A stretch of 64,000 bases of DNA from Raillietiella orientalis (Eukaryota). Under the pieces are notes generated by a model that was given only the letters and a program-made list of their open reading frames with translations, had not been told where the DNA came from and made no database searches. The stretch covers positions 620,001 to 684,000 of the forward strand of contig JAYWIR010000047.1 in NCBI GenBank assembly GCA_036172245.1, read 5' to 3'. Below, piece by piece: positions 25,465 to 38,349 of this stretch. The translations under genes were made by a program, and so were the position numbers. Each line of letters starts with the position of its first letter. The first letter of the stretch is position 1.

Positions 25465-28400
25465 ATGCAAAGGGCAGCTTGCTATGAGCTGCAGGGGGGG
25501 GCAGGAAGGGAGCTGCAGTAGGAGGGCTGTGTGGGGCAAGGCGTCCCCTCCTCCTCCTCCCCTCCCCTCTCCTGTTCCGTTCACCCTACTCTAACTCCTC
25601 CCCAGGTGGAACCGCGTGCAGGTGCTACTTGCGCCTCGCCAGAGGAGCCTGGCACTGCCTGCGGCACTGCTGGTGATGACGACCCTGGTGGCCTTCCCCC
25701 TCGTCCAGCTTAACTGGAAGCGCACCGTGGAGTTGGGGAGACCTTCCGGTGAGTCCCCGGGCGGAGTGAAAGGGGACAGGAAAGGGAGAGGTGCTCCCCA
25801 GACCCCCGAAAGCCGAGACAGCTCTCAGGGGGCTTCCCTCCTTCTTCGGAGAAGCTGCGCGCGACATGAAGTTTGCGTTCCCTTGCGTCTTCTCCCCTTC
25901 CTCCTCTTCCTTCTCCTCCTCTCCCAGGAAGACTGCAGTTTTTTTGGAGCTTCCGCCTCGTTTCATCGCCAGGCACCGTCGCCTGGAGACCAGCCCGCCA
26001 CCGGATGCGTGTCGCTCCGGTCTGTGTTTCGCAGGCCTCTTTCCCTGCCCATGCGTTCCCAGAGGCTCCTCTCTCCCCACCTCGCTCTGCTAGGGGTCGA
26101 GATGGAGGTCGAAAGAGCACGGGAGGGGGCGGGCGCAGATCCGTGGGGTCTGTCGCCTCGTGTGGACGTCAGGGTGCGACCTGTTCCAGGTACCCCGGCC
26201 CCCCGTTGGAGGATCTGCCCCTGTGTCCTTGAACTCCAGTGCTCTCAGCCGTCGAAGGTACAGCGGCTGGACGGGAATGGCAGCCACGTCCTGATGGGCC
26301 ACAACGACGAAGTCATCAACCGTCTCATCAACCGCGGGGACAGGACCAGCGAGAAGCTGCAGATCCACTTCTCCCCTGCCTCCTCCCCGAGCAAGGGGGA
26401 CTGCGCCCTCCTGCTGTACGGCCGCGGAGACATCGGCAAGTGCCTCCGCGACGCGGAAGGCACGTCCTTCGCCTTCCTCGGGGACTCCCGGCTTAGGAAC
26501 AAGATGATCGAGTTCTCCAAGCTCGTGTGCGACCGCAGCTCCATGAGCATCCGGCTGTCCCCGGTAGGACACGCGGTGGGGATGCCCCCGGTCGCAGCGC
26601 GATGCGAGCGCCTACAAGAGGATCTTCTGGTCTCTGCCTCCGGCCGACTCGCGCCCCCCTTCCCCCCCGAGTTTGCCTCCTTCCGGGGAAAGAGCACCGA
26701 CGGAGGCGCTCTCTGCGAGGGCGCGAGGCGCCGGTCTCCGGGTAGACTTCCCTCACCCTCCCATTCCCGTCCCGATCCGAGCTTACCGACCGCTCCTGGT
26801 ACAAGGCGCCCTCCCGATCGTCTCTCCAGACTCTCTACCGGTACGAACGCTCCGGCGTCTGCGGAGGGAGCAGGGGCCACTCTTCCCTCTGGAGAAACAG
26901 TCGGAACGGCGCCGGGGCGTGCTGGTCAACCCTGGGGCTTGCTGGGATGACCTCGAGTGCGCGAGCCCAATGCAGGGACCTGCTCTCGGGGTAGCCTCCC
27001 CCTCCTCGATTTCTCCTCTTCGTCGTTAAGTTTTTCCTTTTTTTTTTCTCTCTGCCGTCCCGTCCGAAGAACGGCAACTGGAAAGAGATCGACGTGACCG
27101 AGTTCGTGGAGATGAGCAACAAGTTCCACGAAGACATCAGAGTGCAGTGCACTTTGAACGGCTGGCACGGCGTCGCCCTCCGCCTGCTCTACCAGCACGC
27201 ACCCTACATGGACGCAGCTGCCATTGGTTACCTGGACCAGGTGGTGGCTCAGGCCTCCGTCGGAGGCGCTCCTTCGTTCCTCCTCCTAGGTAAGGCTCGC
27301 TCCCGGCCCAAGCGGAAGTGCGCTACCGACGTCGACCTGCGCGTGTTTCGCCGTGGGTGGTGTCTGAAGGATGAAAGGGAGGGAGGGATGTGCAGGTCCT
27401 GCGATCCTCTCTCGCTCGCAGCTGCAGGAGTCCTGCGGCATTGCGTAGCTCCTGCTGCATCGCATCGCAAAGAGGGGGCGAGGAATGGACCCCCCCCCCC
27501 CTCTCTCTCTCTCCAGATGGGAGGGGGAGCGCGCGGCTCGGGTCGAAGTGGCAGGGCGAACCAAAGCGCGCCATCCTCAGCTCGCTCAGCAGCCGACTCG
27601 CTGATCCCCCTCAGCGTCTCGCTCGCGTCCTGGCGCCTCGGCTTCCCATCCTCCGCCTCTCGTCCGAGCGCCGTCACGGGAGGCAGCGTGACCTTGGCAA
27701 TCGCGCGCTTGATCGATGAGAGCGAGAGAGAGCTTTCGCGTGCCCGCCCGAGCTTTCGAACGCGACGAACGCCACAGCCTTCGGCCCGCTGACCGGGAAA
27801 ACAAAAGTGGCGTGCCGAGGTCAGGTACGTGGGAGCGCGGCCACTGCTCACGGAGAGCGTGAGGTGGCTCGAAGGTCAACAAGCTCGAAGGAAAGATTTC
27901 ACCTCCGACAGCTTCGCGCTTCGAGTCGCAATCACGGCTGCGTTGGTGCCAAGAGAACGCAGGGCGATCGGTAACGATCGCAGCAGCAGCAGCAGCGATG
28001 CGGTCTCCTCTCTCAGCGCCCACACCTCGGGAAGAGGAGCTTGCTCGGCCTGCGGTAGCTGCTGTCGCCTCTGCAGAAAAAAACGCAGGAGCCCGCTTTG
28101 GCCGCGTGTTGGCCTCCGACAGATCCTCAAAGAGAGAGCTGCTGCTTTGAGCAGTGATGCATCTGCGAAATCTGAGGGATCCCTATGCTGGGAAAAAAAG
28201 AAAAAAAGGTCAGGGGCCGAACCCGAAGAATCCCACTCGACGGTTGGACGGGACCAGGAGCAGTGTTTCGGGTCGAGAACATTTCCGGGTGGTGCGCATC
28301 CTCACCTTGAAGAGAAAGACTTGGGAATCCTGGATGGCTATCGAGTGACGGGAGGGTGGACGCGGGACCGCAACCACAGCTGATGGTTCTGTGCCGCTTA

Positions 28401-31400
28401 GCAGGAAGCATTACGGATATACAATAGTAACGCTGTGCATAAGATGTAACAAAGGTGTACGTAAGTTAGCAGGTTGTGCAATGGAGGTAAAAAGGTGGGA
28501 TGTAAGAAGATGCTCAGGGATGCAAGCAACAGGGTTGGACATGGGATGTGATAAGACTGGATGCTGGATATACTCTCAACGTAGCCACTCCCGCAGTCAC
28601 GTCGAGAGTGATGCTAGGGACGTGTGGTTCGCCTTAGAGATTGCGGGTCGTGGATGAGGTATATGGTCTGCGCCTGTGATCTGCGGGGGGAGGACGCACG
28701 TGCGCCGATGCAGATGTGCGCGAGGGATGGGGAAATTGGTTACGTAGCTGCCCTCTAGCGGGTTTCTCACGCGCTGCACCACTCCTTCGAGAGTGACAGC
28801 TTCGTGCTAGAGAGAAGCTCGCGATCTGCGACATGCTGGTGCTCTCAGGGAGGCAAGCTAGCCACGGCACGCGATTCCCTCCTCCTGAGAAAGCGTGGCA
28901 GGTGACGGCACGGTTTTGCAGAAGCCACACTATCGCGCCCGTCGCCAGCTGACGGAGTTTTTGGCGAGCCACCAGAATTTTTTTTCCCCTTCCCGCGGCG
29001 CCAGACTCTTTTGAACCTTGCGCTTTGTCCTTCGCGAATTCGTACGAAGGCAAGCAGCTGCCCGTCCGTGGAACCGCGAGGGAAATTTTTGGATTCTTTC
29101 CCAAGAGTTTTGGGATACTTGGCAACCCCCGTGGATCTTTCCTTCTCTTTCTTCAAGAAACGGGTCAGAAGGAAGGAAACCTGACCTTCCTGTTAGGCCG
29201 GTAGCGGAGAGAGAGCATTTAGCACGAGGTTGGCCGAAAACCCTTCCGGCTGCTATCAATGCGTACCATTCCTTGCTCGGGACTCTCGAAGAGTTTCCGG
29301 GCTAGGGAGCCGTGTACTGCAGTAGCTGCTGATCACTGTCTTCTCCTTCAGTCTGCGGAACCTACTGGACTTTCTAGTTGCTCGATTGTGAGAATCTTTA
29401 TGGTTGGCAGTCGGTGAACCAAAACATCTTCCGTCTCCTCTCTGCAATGACGAGGAACAAATATACTAAGATCTGCTTTAAGCGCTACTTAGGATGAAAG
29501 AACGCAGGTTTTCCCCCAAGTGCTTCTCCGTCTCCAAGGTTGAAAAACTCTTTGATGTGGCAGGGTTCTTGCAAGGATTTCGCATCCGATGACGCTTCAC
29601 GCGACGCGAGTCAGACCCTCCTCCCCTTTCAAGGAAGCACTCAGCGAGATCGGACCTGCGCCTTCGAGGCAGGGCTCCAGCTCTTCTCGAAGCCGACCTC
29701 CATGTCGGAAGCAACCCATCATTGTCCGAGAGTTTCCCTTCCCCTCAATCCAGAGAGGGCTGGAAGAGGAGCGAGGACCCGCCTCTTTCCTCCCCACTGC
29801 GCATTTCTCGTCCCGCCTTCTTGGAAACTCGCGTGCTGGCACTGGAGGCTCATGCGCGTGGGTTCCATTCCTGCATGTGCACCGCCGCGTGACAGGGAAG
29901 AAATGGGAATTCGTAAAGAGATCCGGTAACATGGAAAATCTCTCAGGAGTTCGGGTCACGATACCTGCATCAGTTCTCCTCACGCTGCGTCCGTCAGCAT
30001 TGCTGATGGGGTGACTTATCAGGACAGGCCTCACGTCCGTCGAAGAAGTTGTGCCACGGAACGCGATTTAGAAACGTGGAAGAGCATTCCAGTTTTTCAA
30101 ATTTAAATTTCATGATATTTATTAAAACATTCTATTTACACCGTATTTTTTGTACTCCATCCACGTGCTCTTCGGCTTCATTGGACCGGCTATTAGTCTA
30201 GCTATCTGACGCCAGATGTCAGAACTAGGGAAGGATTCGAAGGAATACGCAACGGAGACGTAAAAGCGAGTTCTTGTTCAAAAGCAGTTGCATTCGTAAA
30301 GAAAGAAAGAAAGCAATCTAGAGGGGAAGCACAACGACCAGAGAGCTCAATAAAACCTTAGCCTTCAGACCTCCCTCTGCTGTACTCTATGTATTGAACT
30401 TCGTCAATCAATGTCGCTCTTCCAAAAAAAGTGAACACGTTCATGTCCATCAAAACAAATACTACGCATGTCTGAGAATGAAACTTTTTTGCATATACGG
30501 CAGCATCTGAGGAAGCGGCATAAAAACCAAAGTTAAACTCGAGTGATGCGGCGTAGCCGGCGTGTTGCGAGTGCCGAGCGGCAGGCCGACATCAGCGCTC
30601 CCCGTAGCGAGAAGGCCAACCAACCACATTGCCAAAAAAAAATAGGATCGAAGTTTTTGGAGCGTAGCGGGTTTAGTTGGATCTCCCCCGATAATGGGCT
30701 GGCAAAGAGAGGTCTGGACCCATGTGGCGAGGAGGGGAAGGAAGGGACATTCAGGATTCGGGGAGCGTTCCGGAGACCCAAGACAGGCAAGGGGGGAGGG
30801 AGGGGGTCAGGAAGGTGGAGACTTCCCCAGGCTCCTTGGAGCCACGGAGATCTCTCCCCTCTGGGCTTGAGCAGCTGTGGGAAGGACCACGAGGGTCATT
30901 TCTTCCGAAGGAGCGTTGGAAGTCTGCTCAGCTTCGTGTTGCCAGAAGTCCACCCCTTGCCCCTCCCACACATGCACACACGCAATTTGGACGCTTTCTG
31001 GGTGATCGGAAAGGGAAGTAGCTGCAGCCGTCTCTTCGAGATGGGAACGCGAGAGGGACGCGGTATGACTCCCGTCCCGACTCTTCCGTAAGCTTCAGGA
31101 GTCGCCAGTCTCCCTCCTTCCCTCCCTTCTCCTCCACAGCCACGGCAGGAATCGCTGGTCTTTTGCCCCGGTCTCTATGCCGCGCTCTCTGCACTCCCGT
31201 CTCCCGGGAGACGTGCAGTGCTCAGTATCTTCCGGTCAGTCCAGAGGGGTGGGAAGGAGCGATCCAGGACGAAACGGGTGTCACGGACGGTACTTCCCCG
31301 AGAGAAGGCCGGCTCCTCGCGGAAAAGGATGGAAGGGGAGGCGGAGAGGAGGGAGAGAGGAGAGGGCTTTTTCTGGACTCCGCGCATCCCGGCTTCTCAT

Positions 31401-32462
31401 CTCTTACTCCTTCGTTCTCTTTCGTTCACCGGCACCCCTACGCTTCCCGAGTCATTCAGCCTGCAGCGCGTCTCCTCGAGAGCTGGAGCTCCGATCGGGA
31501 GGGAGGAGAAGCATCGGGACGAGTTGTCGCGGGCAACTCCCAAGAGAAGGTGAGTCCGCGCGAAAGGTCACTTCGGTTCAGTGAAAGGTCAGGGAACGAG
31601 GGTGGCGAACTCTACTTCTCAAGAGAACTTGAGGCTCTGGGGATGACCCGAAAGCCTCGAATTTGAGTCCCCGTCCGGAAATGCCCTCCTCCGCGGGGCA
31701 TTCCAGGTAGCGCGCGGAGACGGAAGCTGAAGAGGTGCGTCTCTACTTGCCTCGGGGCGTCCGTCTCCCCGGAGGCGTTCTCGAAGGGCAGGACCTCCTC
31801 TCGGGAATGAGGGGGACGGAGGCCCTCGTGCGCTTCTCCGTCTGAGACGCCACTCAGGGTCATCTGCAGGACCTCCTCCTCCGTAGGCCAAGTGGGGTAT
31901 TGCAGAGATGGGAGTTGGACCGCTTTGGTAGCGCAGTGCGTGGCGCACTTACGGTGCTGGGGTGAGTAGGACATGCAAGGCTCCCTACCCCCATCGGGAT
32001 CTTCCAGGCTTCGGACCGTGGTATGCCATCGAGGGCATGGAGGCGTCAAGGTACGCGCGAGACCTCGGCAGGATAGAGGGGGTCCTCCGGAACCTGTCCT
32101 CCCGTATCCCCGTGATCTGGCAGCTGAACGACCCCGTCAAGTCCTACGTCATCTTGAGGAACTACTTCTACAAACTTCATATCAGGTACCACCGCCTGAA
32201 CAACGAGGCGCTGCACTCGTACAACCACGTGGCCCGGAAGACCTTCGAGGGCAGTTCGGTCTTACTGTGGGACTCGTCGTGGCCGATCGCGTGGGAGGAG
32301 GTCGTCCACTGCTACGGCGCCCGGGATCCCGATCCCGAGGACAGGTGCAACGACCTCGTCCACTACGGGATCCCCACCCTGAGGAACTTCTCCCAGATCC
32401 TCCTGAACTTCCTGTGCAACTCGCGGGTGGGAAGGAAGGGAATCTGCTGCGGCGAAAACTAG
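25465..32462 (+). CDS. Stand-alone CASD1-type SGNH (PC-esterase-like) O-acetyltransferase/esterase domain protein with an N-terminal membrane anchor
   Basis: Exons ~25465-25517 (uncertain), 25606-25748 (hydrophobic LALPAALLVMTTLVAFPLV), 26094-26173, 26240-26563 (CALLLY...KCL...FAFLGDSRLR; GDS at 26480-26488), 27070-27289, 32008-32462 (GFGPW, VIWQLNDPV, YNHVAR, DLVH at 32352-32363, QILLNFLCN...CC-GEN-stop). This parallels the CASD1 luminal domain (IAFIGDSRIR...DGLH...ILMNVYCN...CC). Confidence 0.85.
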
Positions 32463-35400
32463 TGGACACGCGGCGACCGCAGCGGACCCTCCTCCTTCCC
32501 TCGAAGTGACTCCCCTGCTCTGTTTACCAGCACGCTTGAAGCTACAGGGTCTATGAGAGCCACGAAGATCCTTGGAATGCTCTCCCCAGCCCTCTTCCTG
32601 GACTCTACGATGATGCCAGAATGGGTAGAGGCAGCCCACATACCCCCACATCAGGAGATATCTTCCGTTCAGGCAGGCGAGGGAGGAAGCGGATCGAACT
32701 CACGAACGGAAATCCCCGAGGAAGAACGGAGAACGGGCGGGACGCGGAATTTCCGCTTGGATTCAGGCGGTTTCTTCGACCCGAATCGGAGGACTCGCCC
32801 CCGAAGGGAGACGCGAAGACGTTCCTGGAACCGCTTGGGGGACAGCTGGAGCGCGTTGTGGGGCAACGTCCACCGTACATGACTGGTGACCATCCAAAGT
32901 GGAAAGCAGTCGTCTCCCTTTTCCAGGACACCAGTAATAAAGTCTTCCAGAAAATGCCGAACTATGGAGCTCTCAAGGTCTCGGAGTCCTGGGAACCGAC
33001 CGGAGACACGGAAAAAGCGATGAGTGCAGCGCCCCCTCCCTCAAGAAGAAGAAAAAATAAAAAAGAGGAGGAGGACGAGTGGAAGAAGGAAAATCCGTGT
33101 TCCCATCCTGAGAGACGATGCTCCAAGAAAACTCTGCTGAGCTGGTGCAGTGAGCGAACCCCTCCGCTATCTCACAGGGACCGTTAGCCTTACCTTGCTG
33201 AAGTGTCTTCAGGCTTCGGGATCCCAGAAGCACGTCATCTGTGCGTGCGGGAGTGGCAAACAAGCTGTGAATGATCCAGAGGCTCTCTGTCTTCGTCTTC
33301 CACTGGTGTAAGCGTAGTGATCGCTGAAAGTCGCACCGAAAGCATCTCTCTGAAGTGGAGAATGAATCTTTGGAAACTCTCTCCCTTAACGACACTTCCT
33401 ATCGTTGTTTAAGCCGTGTATTCTGCTATTCAAGAGTTATACGAGGGACACCAGAGCTACTCGGATGGCCCTCATTCCCTAGGAGCAACACCCAATTTTA
33501 CACTGACTCCACAGTAAACAGACTGCTAGTCGTCGCTCAAGCATAGGTGGTCCATTCGCTGATGCCATTTCTCCGTTAGAGGGAAGTACCTTTTCAGCAT
33601 TTGTGGTTCAACTCGTGGTAGATGAGTCCGTCGAAATCCCGCCAGACTTCGCATTTTATAAGACCACCTTACCTGACCTCCCTCTGCGACTGAACGGTTT
33701 GGTCTTGCACGTATGATGGAATGCGAAGTGCAGCATGTCTGAGCTCTCCTTGCAATCGCCTCGGAATCCCATGTTACAGGAGCATTGCATATCATATGAT
33801 GCGATGTATATTATATATTCGTTTACTCGTTCTAAGCTTAAACTTCCACTAGATCCCTTCATGGGTAAGGGAAGGACTATTTCAACATGGATGATGACAT
33901 TCTTAGATACGTGTTTCCTAAAAACTTCAAATTGCAATAATATGTAACTGGACGAAGAGCAAGGTCATTCATCTCGGCTCATTCAATTTCTGTTTGAATT
34001 AGTCGTTTAATGAGATGCGTGAGCGAACCTTTCTACCCGTTTGACTAGGACCGGTCACCTTCCTGTTTAATGAGATAAATGACCGACTTTTTTTAATCGG
34101 TTCATTCTGTAGTCACGCTTTTTCGATCTTACAGTAGAAATAATGCATCCGTTTAGTAGTAGTAATGTTGCGCACGATATCTTTCAATTGACCGGGAGAG
34201 ATTTTCTGTTGCTGATCCCAAAAGTAGAACCTTTCTCGAAATGGATCCTCCGAACTTCTGGAACAGACAAAAGAGCGCTCTGTTCTATGTACTCATGGAG
34301 ACGAGATAAAAGCAATCCCGAAAGTCTACGAAAAGTATTTTTTAAACAGTTTGGTGTACATGAACGGACGGAGTATTAAGAATCAACGCACTTCGAATTT
34401 TTTCTTCCTGGGACTTTTATAAAACGTTTTCCTTGTTAATACTTCATTCAAAAAGTGGATGTATGTTATCCACACATATCTGTATTGTACCTACAAGAAC
34501 TTCATCACTAAGAAATTTTGTATTTGTTCCCCATGAACTCGTGTTCGATGGAAAGCCATGAGGAAAAGCTCTTGTAAACTCATACTCTTTCGAGGCCATA
34601 TATCCAACAGATGACTCTTCATCAAAAGTGATCTGTAAAAGACCAACGTCCTTCTTTTCTTTTTTTTTTCTATTTTGCGGTGAGCTCAACTCTGGAGCTG
34701 TGCTTCCAGCAGAGCTTTCATGTTTTTCTTTCTTAAATCCTGAAGGATGCACACAAACCGTCTGTTCTGAGAAGGGGGCAGCATGAAAGAAATGAATGTA
34801 CAACACGTGGATCACGGAGCATAGCTTTATACAGGAGTTCGTACAGTCACGTGGTCATGCCTAATGATAATTCAAGCATTAGGGCATTGAAGATGTCTTG
34901 ATGAAAAATAATGATTTACATGGATGCATCACCAGAAAGAAGTTCAAGGTTCATGGTGATTATTGTTTAGTTGATGAGTTGACCATTTTCCCTTTGACGT
35001 TACTGAAATGCTGTTCCTAAAGGTATAATAAGCGGCAGTTGGGATGCAAACAAGACATTCTTGCACATTAATGGTTTTTTTCTTTTCAAATATCTCTAAA
35101 CTCGATGAGAGCTTTGTTATTGCGTTCACGAAATCAGTAAGCTTATTTATCTAATTAATTCTCAATAACTCAAAAATGCCAATGCGAAGTGCCGACTGTG
35201 TCCGATTTCCAATGTATTGAAAGTGTCATCTATTATCCATGGATCGAATTAATCAATAGATGTAAACAAAAAGGTGCCTTTCGTTTTATTCGTTTCATAC
35301 CTGAAGTAAATTGCTATGTATAAACTGTTGCGACACAAGGGGCAATCTGTGCATGATTTTGGGATTTTATGATAAAATTAATCTCCGAATGTATTAAAAC

Positions 35401-35488
35401 ATTAAAGTTTTACACGTGTCGAGCTCTCAGTACTTTCGTACTGGTGTGAGACTCTTGTGCAACCTTGAAGCAATGTGTAGCTCGCTTA

Positions 35489-35981
35489 ATGTCATGCAGC
35501 ATGCTTCGGCCGAAGATTATTGATCTCGTTCATAGTAAATTATATAAAAATTTTAAAATTTCCAGTTTTCACAGTAGTGATGTTCGTAAAGACCTCAACG
35601 ATCATGAAGAAATGCTTAATATAAAGCTTAAATACTTAGAGTTTGAAAAAGAATGGAATAAGACAGTGCGTTATTGGAGTCTAACTGACAGGCAGAAAGA
35701 TATTCATAATCTACATCAAGCAGCAATTGATCAATTCCATTTCACTTACATTGACCCTGAAGTTCAAGCTACAGTGTTTACAAGATACAGACACTTTCTT
35801 AAAGGATCTTGTTGTGGCCATGGATGTAGACATGTATGTAAGATGTAAACAACCTTTGACACATTCATTTGGGATTTTTTTTTTGTTGATATTTCAGTGT
35901 CCATATAATCTTGAAAATGTGCCAGATCACATTAAATCAAAGATGAAATTCAATACATCATTTTGGGAAGTTATCCCGTAA
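35489..35981 (+). CDS. C1orf53: C1orf53 / DUF5522-like small Cys/His protein, 2 exons
   Basis: LHQAAI...TYIDP...VFTRYRHFLKGSCCGHGCRH|CPYNLENV is joined by intron 35834-35897, giving the family motif CCGxGCRHCPY. Confidence 0.85.
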
Positions 35982-36484
35982 TTGCTTGCTGAAGTGAAGT
36001 GATATTTGTTATTTGGTGAGAAGTCATGCATGCTGGACTGAATCTACAGGAACTTTTTTTTTTGAAAAAAAAAAAAAAAAAAAAACTAAGGTCCCGTAAG
36101 AATGTTGAATTCATTACTGAATATTGAATTTGTGATTGAAAATGATGAAAAAAATGTTACTTTTAATGTTAGGTAAATTTACCAATATAAAAATGTTAAA
36201 AATAGTTTAATTACATAGTTGCTGGTTTCTTTTAGAAAACTCTTGTTGAAGGAAGGAATGCCCATGTAGAAAGTGGTTGCAATTCTCGGAACAGCATTTC
36301 AATTTTCCAGTGGTCTAAATGTGCTTATTGAACTCATAAAAGAAGCAAAATAATAATAAAATAAAAAAAACAAAAGACTTCTCAGAAAGCATAGATTAGA
36401 ATTGGGGCCTCTGTTTTGGGCTTAGTAAATTTTTAAGTATGCATTTATTTTAGGAGAATCATACTTGATACAGATATTTCCAAA

Positions 36485-37742
36485 ATGCAACAAGCAGAGC
36501 AAATTAATGAATCAGAGTCCTCTACTTCAGATATATCATTTATAAATTCCCCAACATGTGTTCTTGTTTTGGGAATGGCAGGATCTGGAAAAACAACATT
36601 TGTTCAGCAATTAACTGCTTATCTTCGGCAGCAGCAACAAATTCCATATGTTCTAAATTTAGATCCTGCCTGCCAAGAAGTTCCCTACCCTGCCAACATT
36701 GGTAGTAGAAATTTTGCATACAATGCTTGTGAATATGAACAGGTTTTCTTCCAGATATAAGAGATACAGTTCATTACAAAGAAGTCATGCAGCAATACCA
36801 ATTGGGTCCTAATGGGGCTATTGTAACATCACTTAATTTGTTTGCAACAAAGTTTGATCAAGTGATACAAATCCTTTCAAGACAACCAGCTAGTTGTCCT
36901 GCAGTGTTATTTGATACTCCTGGACAGATTGAAGTATTCACTTGGTCAGCATCTGGAGCTTTAATATGTGAAGCCTTGGCAACTGCACACCCTACTGTAG
37001 TTGCCTATGTTGTTGATGTGACAAGAAGCACAAGTCCAACAACATTCATGTCAAATATGTTGTATGCATGTTCTGTGCTGTACCGCACCCAACTGCCCCT
37101 TATATTGGTGCTCAATAAGGTATGCTTTCCTAAATTCTTCAAAGGATAACTGACTTGTTAATAGATTGATGTGGTACAATCTCATCAAGCCCAACTCTGG
37201 ATGCGAGACTTTGAGGCATTCTTGGAAGCCTTAGAGCATGAAAAGCACTACATAAACCAGCTGAACCGCTCATTGGCATTGGTACTGGATGATTTTTACA
37301 AAGATTTGCGTTGTGTGGGAGTATCAGCATGTACAGGTGAAGGTATGAAAGAATTCATGGAAGGATTACAGCAAGCTAAACAAGAATTTGTAAGGTAAAA
37401 TTTGCACAGTTCAGGAGAAAAATTTGCTGTAGAGATTATTGGCCTGAGAGAAAACGGCAGCTTGAGAGGCAGCAAAAAGAGGCAACCAACAAGCAGATAC
37501 AACATTTACATGAAGATCTGAATGAAGAATCATTAATACACAGCAAGCAAGAAGTTGGCTATCCTACACAGTTTTTAAATACAAATGATGAGGCAAGCAG
37601 CAGTTCAGAAACTGAGAATTCTGGTAAGAAGTTCTGATGAATATTAGATTTATCTGTGCTCCCAGAAGAAAAGGAGCTTCAAGAGGATTCATCCTTTCAA
37701 AGGTTTCTTGGATGCACAAAAAAAAATAAAACGAATTCTTGA
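36485..37742 (+). CDS. GPN1: GPN-loop GTPase 1 (XAB1), 5 exons
   Basis: [10 protein letters not shown]-loop, [45 protein letters not shown]. Introns 36702-36754, 37120-37164, 37395-37432, 37624-37665. Confidence 0.95.
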
Positions 37743-37842
37743 TGAGCTTGTTTTTATTTTATATCTCCTATGACAACATTCCTACACTGTACTGCGCTAC
37801 ATGTATTCTACAAACCATGCTTGCAGTAGAATGTAGGACATG

Positions 37843-38349
37843 CTATGGATGCACACCATACTGAGTACGACATTGGCGCAAGGCTTCATTGAAGCCTTGA
37901 CATAAAGTAAGATCATCTTGCTGCTGAGCACAGTTCAGAAATTGCTGTACTTCAAAAACACAAGGATCCTTCCCTGTTGCTGAAGCAGCTGGAGCTACAC
38001 TTTCTTGAGAAGGTGCAGGGTGTGCAACTCCTCCTGTCATAGCAGCACCAACAGCATGCCCCTAAGGAAATTTATGCAGGGAAAACCCATACATTTTTCT
38101 TTTTTTTATACCACAGCAGAGCCAACTGCAACTCCTCCAGCAGTTGCTGCCATCTGCTTAAAAAGAGATGGCTGTTGTGGCTGTGGAGCATGCTGCATCA
38201 AGGGTGCTTGCTGTGGAGCAGCACGTGCTGGAAGCGTGGATGTTGGCATTCTCCTATTTTTAAAAGCATCAGCTTGAAAAAAACACTTAAAAACACAAAA
38301 TAGCATACCTCGCTGCTGCTGGTGAAGAACTGCGGCCACGACGAGGCAT
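37843..38349 (-). CDS. CHCHD2: Mitochondrial twin-CX9C protein CHCHD2/CHCHD10 (Mix17 family), 3 exons
   Basis: [10 protein letters not shown] start, [20 protein letters not shown] helix, C-terminal [12 protein letters not shown]...[12 protein letters not shown]. Exons 38349-38309, 38253-38112, 38061-37843. Confidence 0.93.

Noticed and set aside
28400..28580. Loosely periodic ggatgt/agatgt-rich stretch in the CASD1-like long intron
   Set aside because: No consistent unit length. It is degenerate low-complexity sequence, not a CRISPR-like or satellite array.
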